NCBI GenBank assembly: GCA_030265395.1
Contig: JARFYF010000017.1
Coordinates: 19,758,970-19,822,969, forward strand
DNA: 64,000 nt
Direction of reading: 5' to 3'
From: Rhina ancylostomus
Lineage: Eukaryota
Part shown: piece by piece, positions 25,375 through 38,057 of the stretch
Numbering within the stretch: the first letter of the stretch is position 1
Layout of the letters: every line of letters begins with the position of its first letter
The notes under the pieces: generated by a model
The model's database searches: none
The model's input: the letters and a program-made list of their open reading frames with translations, nothing else
What the model was told of the DNA's origin: nothing
Made by a program: the position numbers and the translations under genes

Positions 25375-27022
25375 GTTTGTATCATTTGTATTTACCGTGG
25401 AGAATAGTGAGTTCAGGGAAGATAGTGAGTTCAGGGAAGATAGTGAGTTCAGGGAAGAGAACAGTGATATTCATTATGAAGCAGGAGGTGTTTTTGGTCT
25501 TGAAGCAAATAACGGTGTAAAATTCCCAGGATCTTATGAGATGTATCCTAAGACATTGTGGGAAGCAAGGGAAGAGGTTGATGGGCGCTGGCGGAGACTT
25601 TGGAATCTTCATTAGCCACAGGTGAAGTACGGAAAGACGAGAGGATGGTAATGTTGTACCTTTATTTCAGAGGGCCTGTGAGGAAAAGTCAGGGAACTAC
25701 AGGCCAGTGAACCTTCCATCAGTGGTGGGAAAGTTACTGAATGGGATCCTGAGGGACAGGATTTATTTGCACTTGAAAAGGCAAAGATCGATTAGGGATA
25801 TTCGGCATGGCTTTGTTCATGGGAGATTGTGTCTCAAATTTGATCTGAGCTTTTTTGAGGAGATGATCAAGAGGATTGATGAGGGCAGTGTGGTAGATAT
25901 TGTCCACGTGGAATTTAGCAAGGCCTTTGATAAGGTCCCTCCTGGTAGGCTGGTCCAGAATGGGATCCAGGCAGAGAGAGCAAATTTAACACAAAATTGG
26001 TAGGAGGGAGAGGGTAGTAGTGGAGTGTCGCTTTTCAGATTGGAGACCTGTACCCAGTGGTGAACCACAGGGATCGGCACTAGGTCCTTTATTGTCATAT
26101 TTATATTAATGATTTGAAAGAGAATATAGGTGACATGATTAGTAAGTTTTCAGATGACTCCAAAATTGGTGGTATAGTGGACAGTGAAGAAGGTTGTCTA
26201 AGGTTACACCAGGATATTGATCAACTGGGAAAGTGGACAAAGGAATGTTTGATGGAATTTAACACCGACAAGTGTGAAGTGATGAATAGTGGGAAGTTAA
26301 ACCAGAGCAGGACATGCACTGTGAATGGCAGGGCCCTCGGGAATGTTATTGAACAGTGAGACCTTGGAATACAAGTACACAGTTCCCTGAAAGCAACAGC
26401 AAAGATAGACAGAGGGCTGAAGGAGACATATGATATGCTTCCCGTCATTGCTCAAAGCATTGAGTATAGGAGTTGTGACATTGTATTGCAGTTGTACAAA
26501 TCGTTGTTTAGACCACACTTAGAGTCTTGATGCCATGCTATAGGAGGTATGTGATTATGCCAGAGAGAGTGCAGAAAAGAGTCAAAGGAGTGCTGGTTGG
26601 ACTGGAGGCCTTGAGTTATAAGGGGAGATTGAATCGGCTAGGACAGCTTTCCCTGAAGCAAGGCTGAGGAGTGACCATAGAGAGGTGTAAATAGGGTAGA
26701 TGATTGCAATTTTTTCCCCAGGGTGGGGGAGTCTAAACCTAGAGTATATAGGTTTAAGGGGAAAGGAGAGAGACTTAAAGGGGATCTGAGGGACAATTAT
26801 TTTTTCACATAGATGGTAGTGGATATATGGAATGAGCTGCCAGAGGAAGTGGAAACAGTACAACTACAACATTTAAAAGACATTTGGATAGGTACATGGG
26901 CAGGAAAGGTTCAGAAGGATATGGGTCAAATGCAGGCCAATGGAATTAGTCTGGAGAGGCATCTTGGTTGAGTTGGGTCAGAGAGCCTGTTTCCAAGCTG
27001 TATAATTCTCTGAATCTATGAA
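25375..27022 (+). mobile_element. CR1 LINE, ORF2 reverse transcriptase through 3' UTR, multiply disrupted
   Basis: GNYRPVNLPSVVGKLL, RHGFVHGRLCL, VEFSKAFDKVP, PQGSALGP, SKFSDDSKIGG, FNTDKCEV and LYKSLFRPHLE, then a tail ending (ATTCTCTG/AATCTATG)n. Confidence 0.97.
25404..25458 (+). repeat. Perfect 18-bp tandem repeat x3 (ATAGTGAGTTCAGGGAAG)
   Basis: Units at 25404-25421, 25422-25439 and 25440-25457, inside the 5' end of the CR1. Confidence 0.95.
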
Positions 27023-30000
27023 TCTAGATTTACCTTAATTTCTGTCAACTTTAAAAATAAATGCGTGTATTCCTGCAAAAAGCTGCCACAAGAAAATGCC
27101 CAACTCTCCAATTATTTCAAATCACAAATGAGACATTTTGAGGAGCAATTCTCTTGTGTTCTAACTGTAATTCATAAGTGGAAAATCTGATCAGCTTGCA
27201 CTTAGCAAGAGTCCAGCCCCTCACTCAGCTCTCAACAATCAATATATGGCCACAGGTCTTGATCCCTTTTTTTTAAGCTTTGTTGACTTTGATTTACTGC
27301 AATGGTCATTGACACAATGGAAAATGATGACATTGCACCAATCACAACTGTGACTTCCCTGGTCCAACAAACTTCATCAACATTTTAGAAACGCTCATTC
27401 AATTATTATTGATCAAGCATTTATGGAACCAAATAATTATACACACTTACATCAGGGAAATAATTAAATGGGGAAACTTGTTATTCTAGAATACTTTAAG
27501 AACTGTAAAGCTCAAGTTTTGATGGTAAGATCATTTTGGTTTCATGCTGTATCAGCAAAATGGAGGTTGACCACTGCTTTTATGCATTGGACTATTAAGA
27601 GAAGAATCTATGAATTTACTCTCCTGACCACTACATAATATCTCCCACTGGAAAGTTCACATGAGTGGGCACTGCACAAATTTTTTAAAAAGAGTGAACT
27701 TTAATAGTTAAGTTCTCTAGTGTTAAATAACCTCTTGATCTTCACTCACACGTGAAGACTCACCACTTGAGCTAAGTAACAGAGCAAACGCAATTGTTAC
27801 TAAATTCTGCATCGTGCTGAGTTGTCATTGCAAATTCTGGAGCGCTGTGTTGCTGATCATAACTCGCCTTCTGATTATGTAGCAATGGTTACAGAGAAAT
27901 GTGTTGTTCCATTGGGTGAATGAAAAAAAGCTTGTTTGCAAGTTTCATTCTCTGAACAAACATTCCTCATGATCTAAAAATATTTTTATCACTTCAGAGA
28001 AAGGATAACTGAGAGAATCAGTGAAGAAATGACAAGTTTGACTTCCCAAATTTTTGGAGTTTAGCATTTAATTAGTGCGATATTTACCATTCTGCTCTTG
28101 GTGAGCAGGGATTGATCCCTTTTATCTAATTGGTATTAGAATAGCTTAATGTGCAATATCAGAACTGTATCAAATGCTCATTTTGATTGGTTTGCTTGTG
28201 TTTTAGCTGGCAATTATGATGTGCATTCAACAAAGTATTAAATATTTTTGTAGTTTCCTTTGGCCATTCAAAAGTGACACTCAAATAAATGTAATTACAT
28301 CACTGACTCCATTAACTTAAAGCATTTTAATCTTAGGAGTTTTTTTCTTTCCAATTCAATTTATTGTTATCTCTGGAAGTGTTTGTGGGTTACCACAAGT
28401 GTACAATGCTGAAAGATTCTTCCACAGGTGAAGCCTGGCAGAAAAATGGTGCTGCATAAGGTGCCATACAAGTTTCATTTAGCCAACAAGGAAGTGATTT
28501 TCTTGTGTCCAAAGTATGCAATGCATTGTACATGGGTATAGCAAATTTCAGCCTATTGCACAATTTTAGTCAGAAACTTCTGAGAATTACTTTGGAGCCA
28601 TTTTGGGGCAGCTTTGTCTCTCCAGATGGTGACTGATAGGAGTGAGTACTGCACATCTCTGAATGCTAGTGGGCATCATGCCATTGGAAGTGGGCACCCA
28701 GTACAACCACCCTATCCAAAGAATCCTGGGAGGCCTTGGCTGCCAGCTTAAAGACATCGGTGTCATCTGTGGAAAATTCTAGGGTTGGGTACAATGGCAC
28801 ATCGTAGCACTTTGGGAAGGGTGATCTCCTAACCCTTATACTGGGACAGGGCTTCCTCACCATCCCCTCCTATTATGATCTCCTGTGTCCATTTCTGAAA
28901 TGCATATGCTTGCCACATTATTGCACTCTGACGTCAGTCATGCATTGCATGTTGCTTGATGCCATTGCTCTGCACCCAGTAACAGCCTTATGTAAACATC
29001 AGAAGACTGCAATAGAATTTACCAGAGGTTGCTACATGCACAGAGGAATGACAGTCACTTAGGATAATTTGGAATTGAAATTCAGTCACATAGTACACAA
29101 AAACCATGTGTAGCTCAATAGTATTTCTAGGCCACCATCTTTCTGTTTCCCTTCTAAGTATCAGCTTCAGATAATAGTGCATTTTATTTCTACAAATACC
29201 TGATTATTGAAATGAACCTTAGCTCTTTAGGTATTAATATGCTGAACCTGAAAGTCCTAATTCTCAAATTCTAAGAGTAAACATTAAAACAGGAACCTGT
29301 CACAACTGGAAGCAGCAGGCTCACTATTTGAGATATGGCATTGTAAAGTAGAAATAAAAGATATTGTTGTGCCATTTAAGTAACATTAAGGTTCCATTAC
29401 AAGCATTGCAGCAGACCTGAATAGATTATTCTTGGCATCTCTAATTCACCTTCTGTAAGATTATCGAATGCAATAAAACAGCTGCTTTGGACAAGAATGC
29501 ATATTAGTAAGAAAGCTCGGCAGTGTATGCATTATTACTGCATTACTGTTGTGTCAGTCTACTTTGGAACATACAACTTATGTCAAGTAACCACCTAGAA
29601 AGTATGTAGAAGATCGTCCATAATTTAGAGCTTTTAGCATGGGAGGGTGGAAGAAGAAAGGTGCATCATCTTTGAGCATGCTGCTTGTGTGTATCAAATC
29701 AACACAGAGCAGGCAGGGTAATTGAGGGGACGCTGTTTTTTTTCATCATGTTTACTCGGCACCTTTGGTTTTGTGCCACTTACGCTTGTATGTCAGATCA
29801 CATGCGGGCAGTTGGTCATCCTTGGTTTATTGGTGATTTGCCTGCATGAAACCTTACGGAGGTCAATATTACACATGAGAAGTAAGTTTAATAAAATGTT
29901 CATTCTCCCAAACAAATGCTGTTGTTGTCAAGTTTGCTTTGCAGTTGTTTTTTTTCGTCCTCTGTTTTACAGCAGTTAGTTGTTTCACAGTCAACATTGA

Positions 30001-30399
30001 TACTCATTCTCTAATTTCCAAAGACAGTATTCCATTTGTAGCATGTTATGCGGTACAAAGAAGATGCAACATAAAAATGTACCGCACTTAATTAGGGACT
30101 TGGATTCTTTTGAAATGTCATTGTATGTGAAGATTAAAAAAAAATCTTTTCTGAGCTTCAGGAGGTTGATAAAAGGCTGCTCCATCCTTGGGTAACTTTT
30201 AACGATATTTTTGCAGACAGACAAGACATTTTCCGATAGATAGGTATATGGTCATGGATAGCTCCATTGTCAGAACTGGTTTTGATTTCATTTTATGTAT
30301 TGTTTCAATATACAAACAACAAGCATTGCAAATGAAATATCAATTTTATGCCAAGCTTTTATATACATTCTGCATTTCAGGAACCTTCAATGATCTGGT

Positions 30400-30872
30400 C
30401 CCTCTCCTGTTCTACCCTCCTTAAACCTGAAGTTATTCAAAAATTTGCGGTCTCTGTCCTAACTTGTATCAACTTCCTTATACCTCTCACCCCTCTGCTC
30501 ACTAACCCTCATTGGCTCCCACCAAAGTTACCTGATTGTAAACTTCTCACCTTTGTTTTTAAATCCCTCCGTGGCCTCTCCCTCCAAATCTTTGTAACCT
30601 CCCACATCCAGGATATCTCTGTTCCTGAACTCTCACAAATCCCTGATCATATTACTCCATCAAAGTCAGCTGTGACTTCAGCTGCTAAATCTCTGAGTTC
30701 TGAAATTCTCTCCCTTAGTTTCCACTACTCTCTGTCTATTGTTCCACCTTAAGGATATCCTTGCCTCCATAATCACATTTGACCTAATATCTTATTGATT
30801 TTCTTTAATGGTCCCATGAAGCACCTTAGAGCATTACTACATTATGGGTTGTGCAAAAAAGCTAGATGCTGT
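30400..30872 (+). mobile_element. L2 LINE 3' portion
   Basis: ORF 30348-30752 contains LLKPEVIQKFAVSVLT..PLTPLLTNPHWLP..CKLLTFVFKSLRGL (L2 ORF2 C-terminus); tail TGAAGCACCTTAGAGCATTACTACATTA. Confidence 0.85.
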
Positions 30873-33864
30873 GAAAACTTTCATAAGAACTAATGAATTT
30901 CATATTGTTTGTCCATGTGTTTAACATTTGACATTGGGGCTAAGTATGCTGAATTTCCTAACCTTAGACCTCCTAGATACTATAACTCAATAGTTTCAGT
31001 GATTGGACAAACTGTTAGTTCTTCATTGGTAAATTTATGTGCCATAATCAAGTGCAAGTTCCATTTTTAAGCCCAAGTGATGCCGGAGACATTAATCTTG
31101 GCCTCAGAAATATCCAGAACAGAAAATAATTATTTCTCACTTTCTAATCACTTTGTTGTTGATGTGATGTGTGGTTTAAGTGTTGAAGTCTAGTTGCCTT
31201 TTGCCACTTACTTTGGCTCATGCATAAAAAATGCCACTTCATTTAAATTCTGTAGAAATACCATCTATGCCTATGTCCCAGCGCAAATCAGTGCTTTCAA
31301 GATGTGCTGTATTGGAAGGAAAATGGATGAAAATAGCATTATGCTGAGTGCAGTAAGAATTCTTTTGTGGTCTACTTTCTTACCCCGGGATGAGTCTGAC
31401 AATATTTGATAAAGCCTGATAAATATTTTCTGCATCTCGTATGTAAAATAACATTTTTGTCTTACTTCCTACACTATCTCCTAATGTTATCTGATGTGCA
31501 CAAACAACTAATTTATGTTTCAACAGGTTGTTTTGTATTAGTCTCTCCAATGAACAAATGGTTTTAAACTTGCATTCTGCTGTCTAGAAAATACTTACAT
31601 TAAAAATATCAATAAATGTGGAAACAAGGATGAAATTGTGATGATTTCCCAATGCCATTGGCCCTTGGTACTGGTGACTGTCCTTCATGTGTAATAGTTT
31701 TTACTATCTATGACCCACTAATTGATCTGTGCCGCCACTGGCTCTCAATGAATGTCAATGGCAGCCAATTGAACAGAGACTGGTGTCCACTGAGGTCAAA
31801 ATGTGCCAGAGTGCTCATAACACATAGAAAGGTTTTTTAACAGTTTTTAAATAAACTTGCATCCAATAATTAAACTAACCTTCACTGTACTTAACAGACT
31901 ATAAGACAAGGACTGCTGTCCCTTGGGTTATTGGCATAACCTTTGGGTCAACAGTCAACTGCAACTGCCCCTCCAGCACAGTCAATATTTGTAACATATA
32001 ATAATGCATTTATTTAAAGTTTTTAAACAATTAGCTAAGATGATAGATTTCCACCTTTAGTTTTGACGTAGTTTTTAAAAAGTTATGTCAAAACCTCTTA
32101 AAAATCATGCAGTTGCTAATATCTAAATAAAGCTAATCAGATCTGTATTGTAACAAGCCTTTTCTGATTGATTTGATGTAATATACCCAGAAAATAATTT
32201 TGGGTATCTAAAATTATTTAAATCATAAAGCCTTATAGAATAAATCAAAATTCGAACCATTGAGCAAGAGTTAAGTGTTAAATATGTGCGTGCTTGCGAG
32301 GTGTGTTGGGATGTCTGTCTGTGAGCCTGTGTGTGTGATGTAATTGAAACCAGAATCTCTGCACCTTTGCCTTGTATGTTTTAAACAAGCCTTACAGCGA
32401 ATGGCATCCGCTAGCTAAGAATTGATTACATTAATTGATATGCCAATAAATGAACTTGTTATATCCGCCATTGGTTAGGGAGATGGGTAACAAGTCACGC
32501 TGATCAATTGAACCAATAAAGATTTCATCCATTAATGAGCAACATGGTAATTAATGTTTTCCATAAACCAATTAGGCTTGGTAGAAAATGTACTAGTTAA
32601 GTTGCTCAGAGATTCTGGGACACTGTGGCAGGTCTTTAATACCAGATCTTTGCAAGCAGATTGTTGACCAGCATGTTTAATTTTCAAAGCATTGCTATTT
32701 ATATGCGAGTAGTGTCTGAATATCCATGGGACTGACAGCTCTGCGCAGTGCTGTTGTATATTCCACTTGTGTCAATGATGTCCGTGTAAGGAAATAAAGC
32801 TCCTTTGTGCTGAAGTGTACATGACAGAGTAAAAAGGAAATGAAGGAATAAATGTGAAATAAGTAAGCTGTTCAGCGGTGGAGAATGTCGATGCCTACAC
32901 CTGCTCAAGATTTTTCTTTGAATTGTTAGATATTGACCCTCGAGACCCCTGTGGATTTCCTAATTGAAAATTAATATTGGATCAATGCAGTGAGTTATTT
33001 GCATATTGATCATAAACAACTTTGAAGGCACAAACTATGTGGAAAAGACCAGCTGGATCAATAGGGCCCTTCAGTAGACTTCAGTGTAGTACATCACATT
33101 ACACCACACTGCACTAAAGGTTAATGACTCAGAGCAGTTAAGTACCATTGTTGCTCAGAACCTGCGGAGAGAGATTTTCTTTGTAGCACAATGGAAAATT
33201 GACATGTCAACTTTAAACTTGGAGCAAAAAATGAAAATGTGTGAACAGGACACCCTTAACCATTCTGATTTGTGAATGTAAAGTGAAAAGGACAGTTGCT
33301 CGATGGACTCAATTTTTAGATTACCGCAGTTGTTTCATTTAGAAAATTGGCAGGATTTTATCATTACCGGGATGTTTATGCCATTCCTGATTTACAGGAT
33401 AGGCATTTTATTTAACTAAGTGGTATCATATGCAATGCAAGTATCTAAACACCTAATATTAGAATGCTCTTTAGCCTTCACATTTGGATCCCATTTCTCA
33501 GTGTTCACACTTCATGTTTCAGAAGGATCACTGGATGGCAATCAAGAGCCAAAAGTCCAACTAAATCTCCTTCAATTTGGGGCAGTCCTTCCACAGGCCT
33601 GGTCAATTTAACCAAGTTTCCTTTATGCATCCATTCTTGATTTCTGATAAAATGTCTGCTAACAGTGTCTGGTTTTGGAAGATATTTAACCTAGTTTTGC
33701 TTTTGTTAAATCATCCTTTGATTTCTTTTCGCGTAATTGACTAGATGCTGTTCCAATGGTAGTTTTAATACATGAGCAATAATGATGTTTCTGGCATAAA
33801 CACCATGGGATTAACAAATCTATGGCATCCTAACTAGTTGATGAGTTTACCTGTAACATGAGAA

Positions 33865-34435
33865 AGCAACAACCACAACTTTGATTTATGTGGAGCTTTT
33901 TTTGTAGCAGAACATTGTAAGATCTTGCATGAGAGCATTATCAAACCAGGCTACATAGGACTTGGCAGCTGAAGGCATGGTCATCAATGGAGAAATGTTA
34001 AATTTAGGAGAAGAGTACGGTATTGGAGAATACAGTATTGGTATCCCAGAGGGTGTAGAGTGCAGACACAGGAAGGGTCGAAACCCTGGCATAAGATAAA
34101 AATAAGGATGAAAATTCTAACATCATGATGGCCAAGGGATGTGATGCTAGTTGAAAGATGGACAGCAGAGCTTTGCGTAACCTCGAGGTTACAGGGAGTA
34201 GGGGAAAGTCAGCCAGAAGTGCAGTAAATTAGTTTAATCTGCAGGTAACAAAGGTATGGATGAGGATTTCAGTAGTAGATAAGTTGAAGCAAGGAAAGAG
34301 TCAGGCAATGTTATGGAGATTGAAGCAGGCAGAGTTAGTGATGGCATGGGAGGTTTGTAACTCAACTTAAGGTCAACTGCGATACATAGGCTGTGAGAAG
34401 TTTCAGACAGTTATCTAGGTAGCTAGGAAATGGAT
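33865..34435 (-). mobile_element. L2 LINE 3' portion
   Basis: Reverse complement of the L2 end: CTTGGCAGCTGAAGGCATGG, GAGGTAACAAAGG-like TGCAGGTAACAAAGGTATGGATGAGGATTTCAG, GGCAATGTTATGGAGATTGAAG. Confidence 0.8.
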
Positions 34436-34460
34436 TTTATGACAGGGACCAAAGAAAATA

Positions 34461-34716
34461 CTACCTCAATGCACTCTGTGCTAACCCAATGTCACTGCAC
34501 TGATCTGTATGATCGGTATGCAAGACAAGTTTTTCNNNNNNNNNNNNNNNNNNNNNNNNNNNNNNNNNNNNNNNNNNNNNNNNNNNNNNNNNNNNNNNNN
34601 NNNNNNNNNNNNNNNNNNNNNNNNNNNNNNNNNNNACCTGTATGATCGGTATGCAAGACAAGTTTTTCACTGTACTTCGGTACAAGTGACAATAATAAAC
34701 CAATACCAATACCAAT
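34461..34716 (+). mobile_element. Young LINE 3' terminus (Rex1/Babar-like) with (CCAATA)n tail; spans a gap
   Basis: TATGCAAGACAAGTTTTTCACTGTACTTCGGTACAAGTGACAATAATAAACCAATACCAATACCAAT. The family assignment is from memory of batoid repeats and is tentative. Confidence 0.6.
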
Positions 34717-35229
34717 TTTCCCAGTACTTAACTAGGGGTAACTTCTGCTAAACCAGTCCAAGATGTCAGACAAGCACTCAATTTATGGAGTGCTCTGCAT
34801 CTCAGTAGGGTTCTCTCAGTCTCCTGCCGTGATTTCTGTCAGATGCACATTAAAAAAAATCACAGAAATGGGCACTTTCAGCCATTTTCATTTCTCTAGG
34901 TACTCTGCCAATCATCATGTAAGGTTATGGCCAGAAGCTGGGAAATAGATGTGGCCTGATTTCAGCAAGCGTTATAGTATTAATTCAGCTTTTAAGGGTG
35001 ATCCATATTTCAGTTTTCACAAGCAGTCAATTAGTGATAAAAGTCATAATTTTTAATACACAGTTTGACAATATATAGTTTAGGAGTAAGACTACCTTTA
35101 ACAAATAAAGAAAGGAAGTTGTAGTTGTGCAAAATTTCTTTGAAGTCTAGTGGCAACTTTGCGGGGCATGTTGTAAGCTAGCAGCAGCTTGATGAATGCT
35201 ACAAATTAATTTAGATTGCTTTTAGGAGC

Positions 35230-35480
35230 TTTGGATGAGGGAAAGATGTTAATCCACTTGAAGAAATCCCTGCTCTTTGATATGTTCTGTCAGATTTCTT
35301 TGTATCCACTTGAAGAAAAAGAGCATAACCTTGGTTTAATGTTATGGTATGAGGAAATAGAAGTGCTCCTTTGCCACTTTTCTGGAGTGTCAGTCTCAAG
35401 TACAAGTTCAAGTCCTGCTCTGGTATTGAAATCACAACCTTTTTACTTGGAGGCAAGAAATCTTTTAACTTAATCAAGAG
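35230..35480 (-). mobile_element. Degraded Deu-domain SINE
   Basis: CCTTGGTTTAATGTT..CTGGAGTGTCAGTCT..TCAAGTCC..TTGAAATCACAACCTTTTACTTGGAGGCAAGA is the reverse complement of a tRNA head plus Deu core. Confidence 0.6.
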
Positions 35481-37199
35481 AAAAATGAGTTTTGTACCAT
35501 TTATATGAAACTTGAAGATACTTCTGAATAGCAAGTTTGAGTGTTAGCATCTGCTATCCTTCAGCCAGATGCTTGGGAGCTTGTCATGCCTAGTAGCGGT
35601 CTTCTAAGTTCTCAGAGTTTTATTTCATATATAAGGGGTCTTGAGTTGAGAGTTGTTCATGTCCATCAGCAAAAGAAAACTAAATAAAACAAGATAGAAG
35701 CAAAGATATTGATCAATTTTGAAAGGCAAAGAGTACTTTAGTCCAAGCCTTTCATAAGCTTTGATAGCACTGGGAATGGTGCAAGTGCCTGACTCTCCAG
35801 TCCTTCACAAATCTGAAGGATGACTTGTTTTTTCACTCCTTCACACAACAGGCTGAGGGCATCTTCGCAGAAAATCACAAAAGTTGAAGTTAGCAACTAA
35901 GTATATTTCAAATTTGAACAAGAGAGAGATATGAGAGTGCTTTCAACCTGGTGTTGTCCAGTGATGTTTCACCCTAGGAATTTGATTATTTGACAACACT
36001 AACAGGCTTTTATTGAGAATAATGCAATCTATCACTAGTGAGGAATGATGTTTATTTTGAGAAGTCCAGACATCTAAAGAAAACAGAATTATGTTGTGTC
36101 CTTAAATACTCACAAGTATCCCAGGAAATATTTTGAGGAAAAAGCCATTATCTATTAATTCTTGGATATTATTAAAACACTCATGGTTGCCCAAGCTTTA
36201 GTATTTTCTTCAGCTTTTAAATTTAATTTTTTAAACATATGAAACTGAAGTGGCCTAAGACTATTAAGTCCCAAAACAGCAACCGTTCAGATGGAGTTAT
36301 ATCATATGCACAAATTTTGTTGGCTCATTGTTAAAATTGCTTTTCTTCAGAATAGTAACCAAAACTTCCCAGGCAGAGACCAAACCTCAGAACTTTAAAT
36401 TTAAAGCCAGCAGCTCTCAGCAGAATTGCTGACATTAAACTACAAAATTAGCCACACATTTTGGATTCCTGAACAAAGGGGCATCCTGAATGTTAGTGCA
36501 ACTGACTGTCAATTGTTACCTTACCAATGGATTCCTTATAGAGTCCAGCAGTGGTGTGCAAACTTCCACAGATATCCCAGCACTAAGGTTGGGTCATCTG
36601 CCCACTGAGCCTGCCTCAGGTTAATCCAGTCGGTATAAGTCCAGTGGGGCTATTGATTTCAATTGGAAGAGGCAGCTTCTGACAAGGAATGTGTACACAA
36701 TTTTTTTTTATTGTATTTGTTTGATTTAGCTTTATTTCATTATTTACAAGCATTTATTAGAGACTTTTAAAAAATTTAAAACATTAAAGCTATTTAATCG
36801 TTCAATGTTTTCTAATATTTGAAGATGTGCAGATATACAATTGCTTTGACAAGTTTTGACAGGAGGTAAGTCTATGGGTGTGGCTTAAATGGTTGCCAAG
36901 GTACTTCTAGATGGGCCTGCCATTTCTGATGGCAAAGTACTTGTGCTGCATTGGGCCTCACTGATCAACTGATCGCTGGATTCTGAGTGGGTGATTGTGC
37001 TGAGGGCCCAGTCCAATGGGTTCTGGAGACAACTAGTGAACACAGGTAGCAGAAGATCTGGCCAGAATGTCTACATTTGACCTGAGTGGGCAGATGCATC
37101 TTTGGTCATGACTTGACTTTATTTGAATCCATAGCTCTGAGGCAGTGCACCTAGCTGCTGTTGAAGCCCATTTAGTAACTGGCCCTGGGATATACTGTG

Positions 37200-37388
37200 C
37201 AAGGTATTTATACTTTTAGAATTACATATAATCATGAAGGAGGATGATATATTTCTTAATGCCAAAGGAATATGAAGAAAAGGTAGGAACAGAATATTGA
37301 TTGGATGAAAAGGTATGATCGCGTTGAAGGGTGGAGCAAGCCTGCAGGGCTGAAGGGCGTACCCCTACTAGTTTCCTTTTCTCTATGA
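37200..37388 (+). mobile_element. CR1 3' UTR fragment
   Basis: ATGATCGCGTTGAAGGGTGGAGCAAGCCTGCAGGGCTGAAGGGCGTACCCCTACT matches the CR1 3' terminal stem motif. Confidence 0.7.
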
Positions 37389-38002
37389 ATTAACAACAAT
37401 TGTGAAGGATTTTAGCAAAGAAATGTCACTGCAATTTTTGGTCTACTGGGGCTTTTGTTTGTAATTAACGCAGTGGTAGGTGGTCTCAATATAATCCAGT
37501 ATCTGAAAGACTTTGCATATTAATATTTAATGAAAATGACAAGTGAATCAAATGTGATTTTAATAGTGTGTACACCTTTTTAATGTGCACTGTATATTCT
37601 AAGAATTTTTAAAAACTAATGTACTTTGTGTTGCTGTCTGTCACTCTTTCTATTGTTCAGACTCAACTTTTGATACTGCTGCTTCCCTGTGAAATGAGGT
37701 TTCTCTTTGCTCATTTCATTCCCCACCCAAACCTGATTTTCATCTGACTTGAACCCCTTGTGATGAGGTAACCGGTTCTTTCTGGTACGTTATTAAAGAA
37801 CCTGCCCTTCTGTGGTAACCAAAGTAGGTTCAGAAGCCAGGCTGCCTCTGATTGCTTCATCACCAGGCCTTCTGTTGACTTTGCTGTGCTGAACTGATGA
37901 ACTGAGACTGGGGACAAGAGCACCTAATTGAAAGAAAAAGAAGAAAACACTTAGCAAAAACTCTAGGCTCTGTTTAAACAGGGATATAGAAGAGTGGGTT
38001 GT

Positions 38003-38057
38003 TGAACTGGCCATAATTTCAGCCTTTAGTCTAGTGCATTTATCTGTCCCACTGAGG
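38003..38057 (+). repeat. Left arm of 55-bp long-range inverted repeat (partner 39448-39502)
   Basis: 46 of 55 positions are complementary to the partner, ungapped, by hand alignment. Confidence 0.92.

Noticed and set aside
25404-25458. Repeat units as a possible CRISPR array
   Set aside because: There are no spacers or cas genes, and the context is vertebrate.
34506-34668. Duplicated CTGTATGATCGGTATGCAAGACAAGTTTTTC flanking a 100-N gap
   Set aside because: Most likely an assembly overlap artefact.
37661-37698. Possible small exon after CTTTCTATTGTTCAG
   Set aside because: Weak donor (GTTTCT), 38-nt length and no recognisable peptide.
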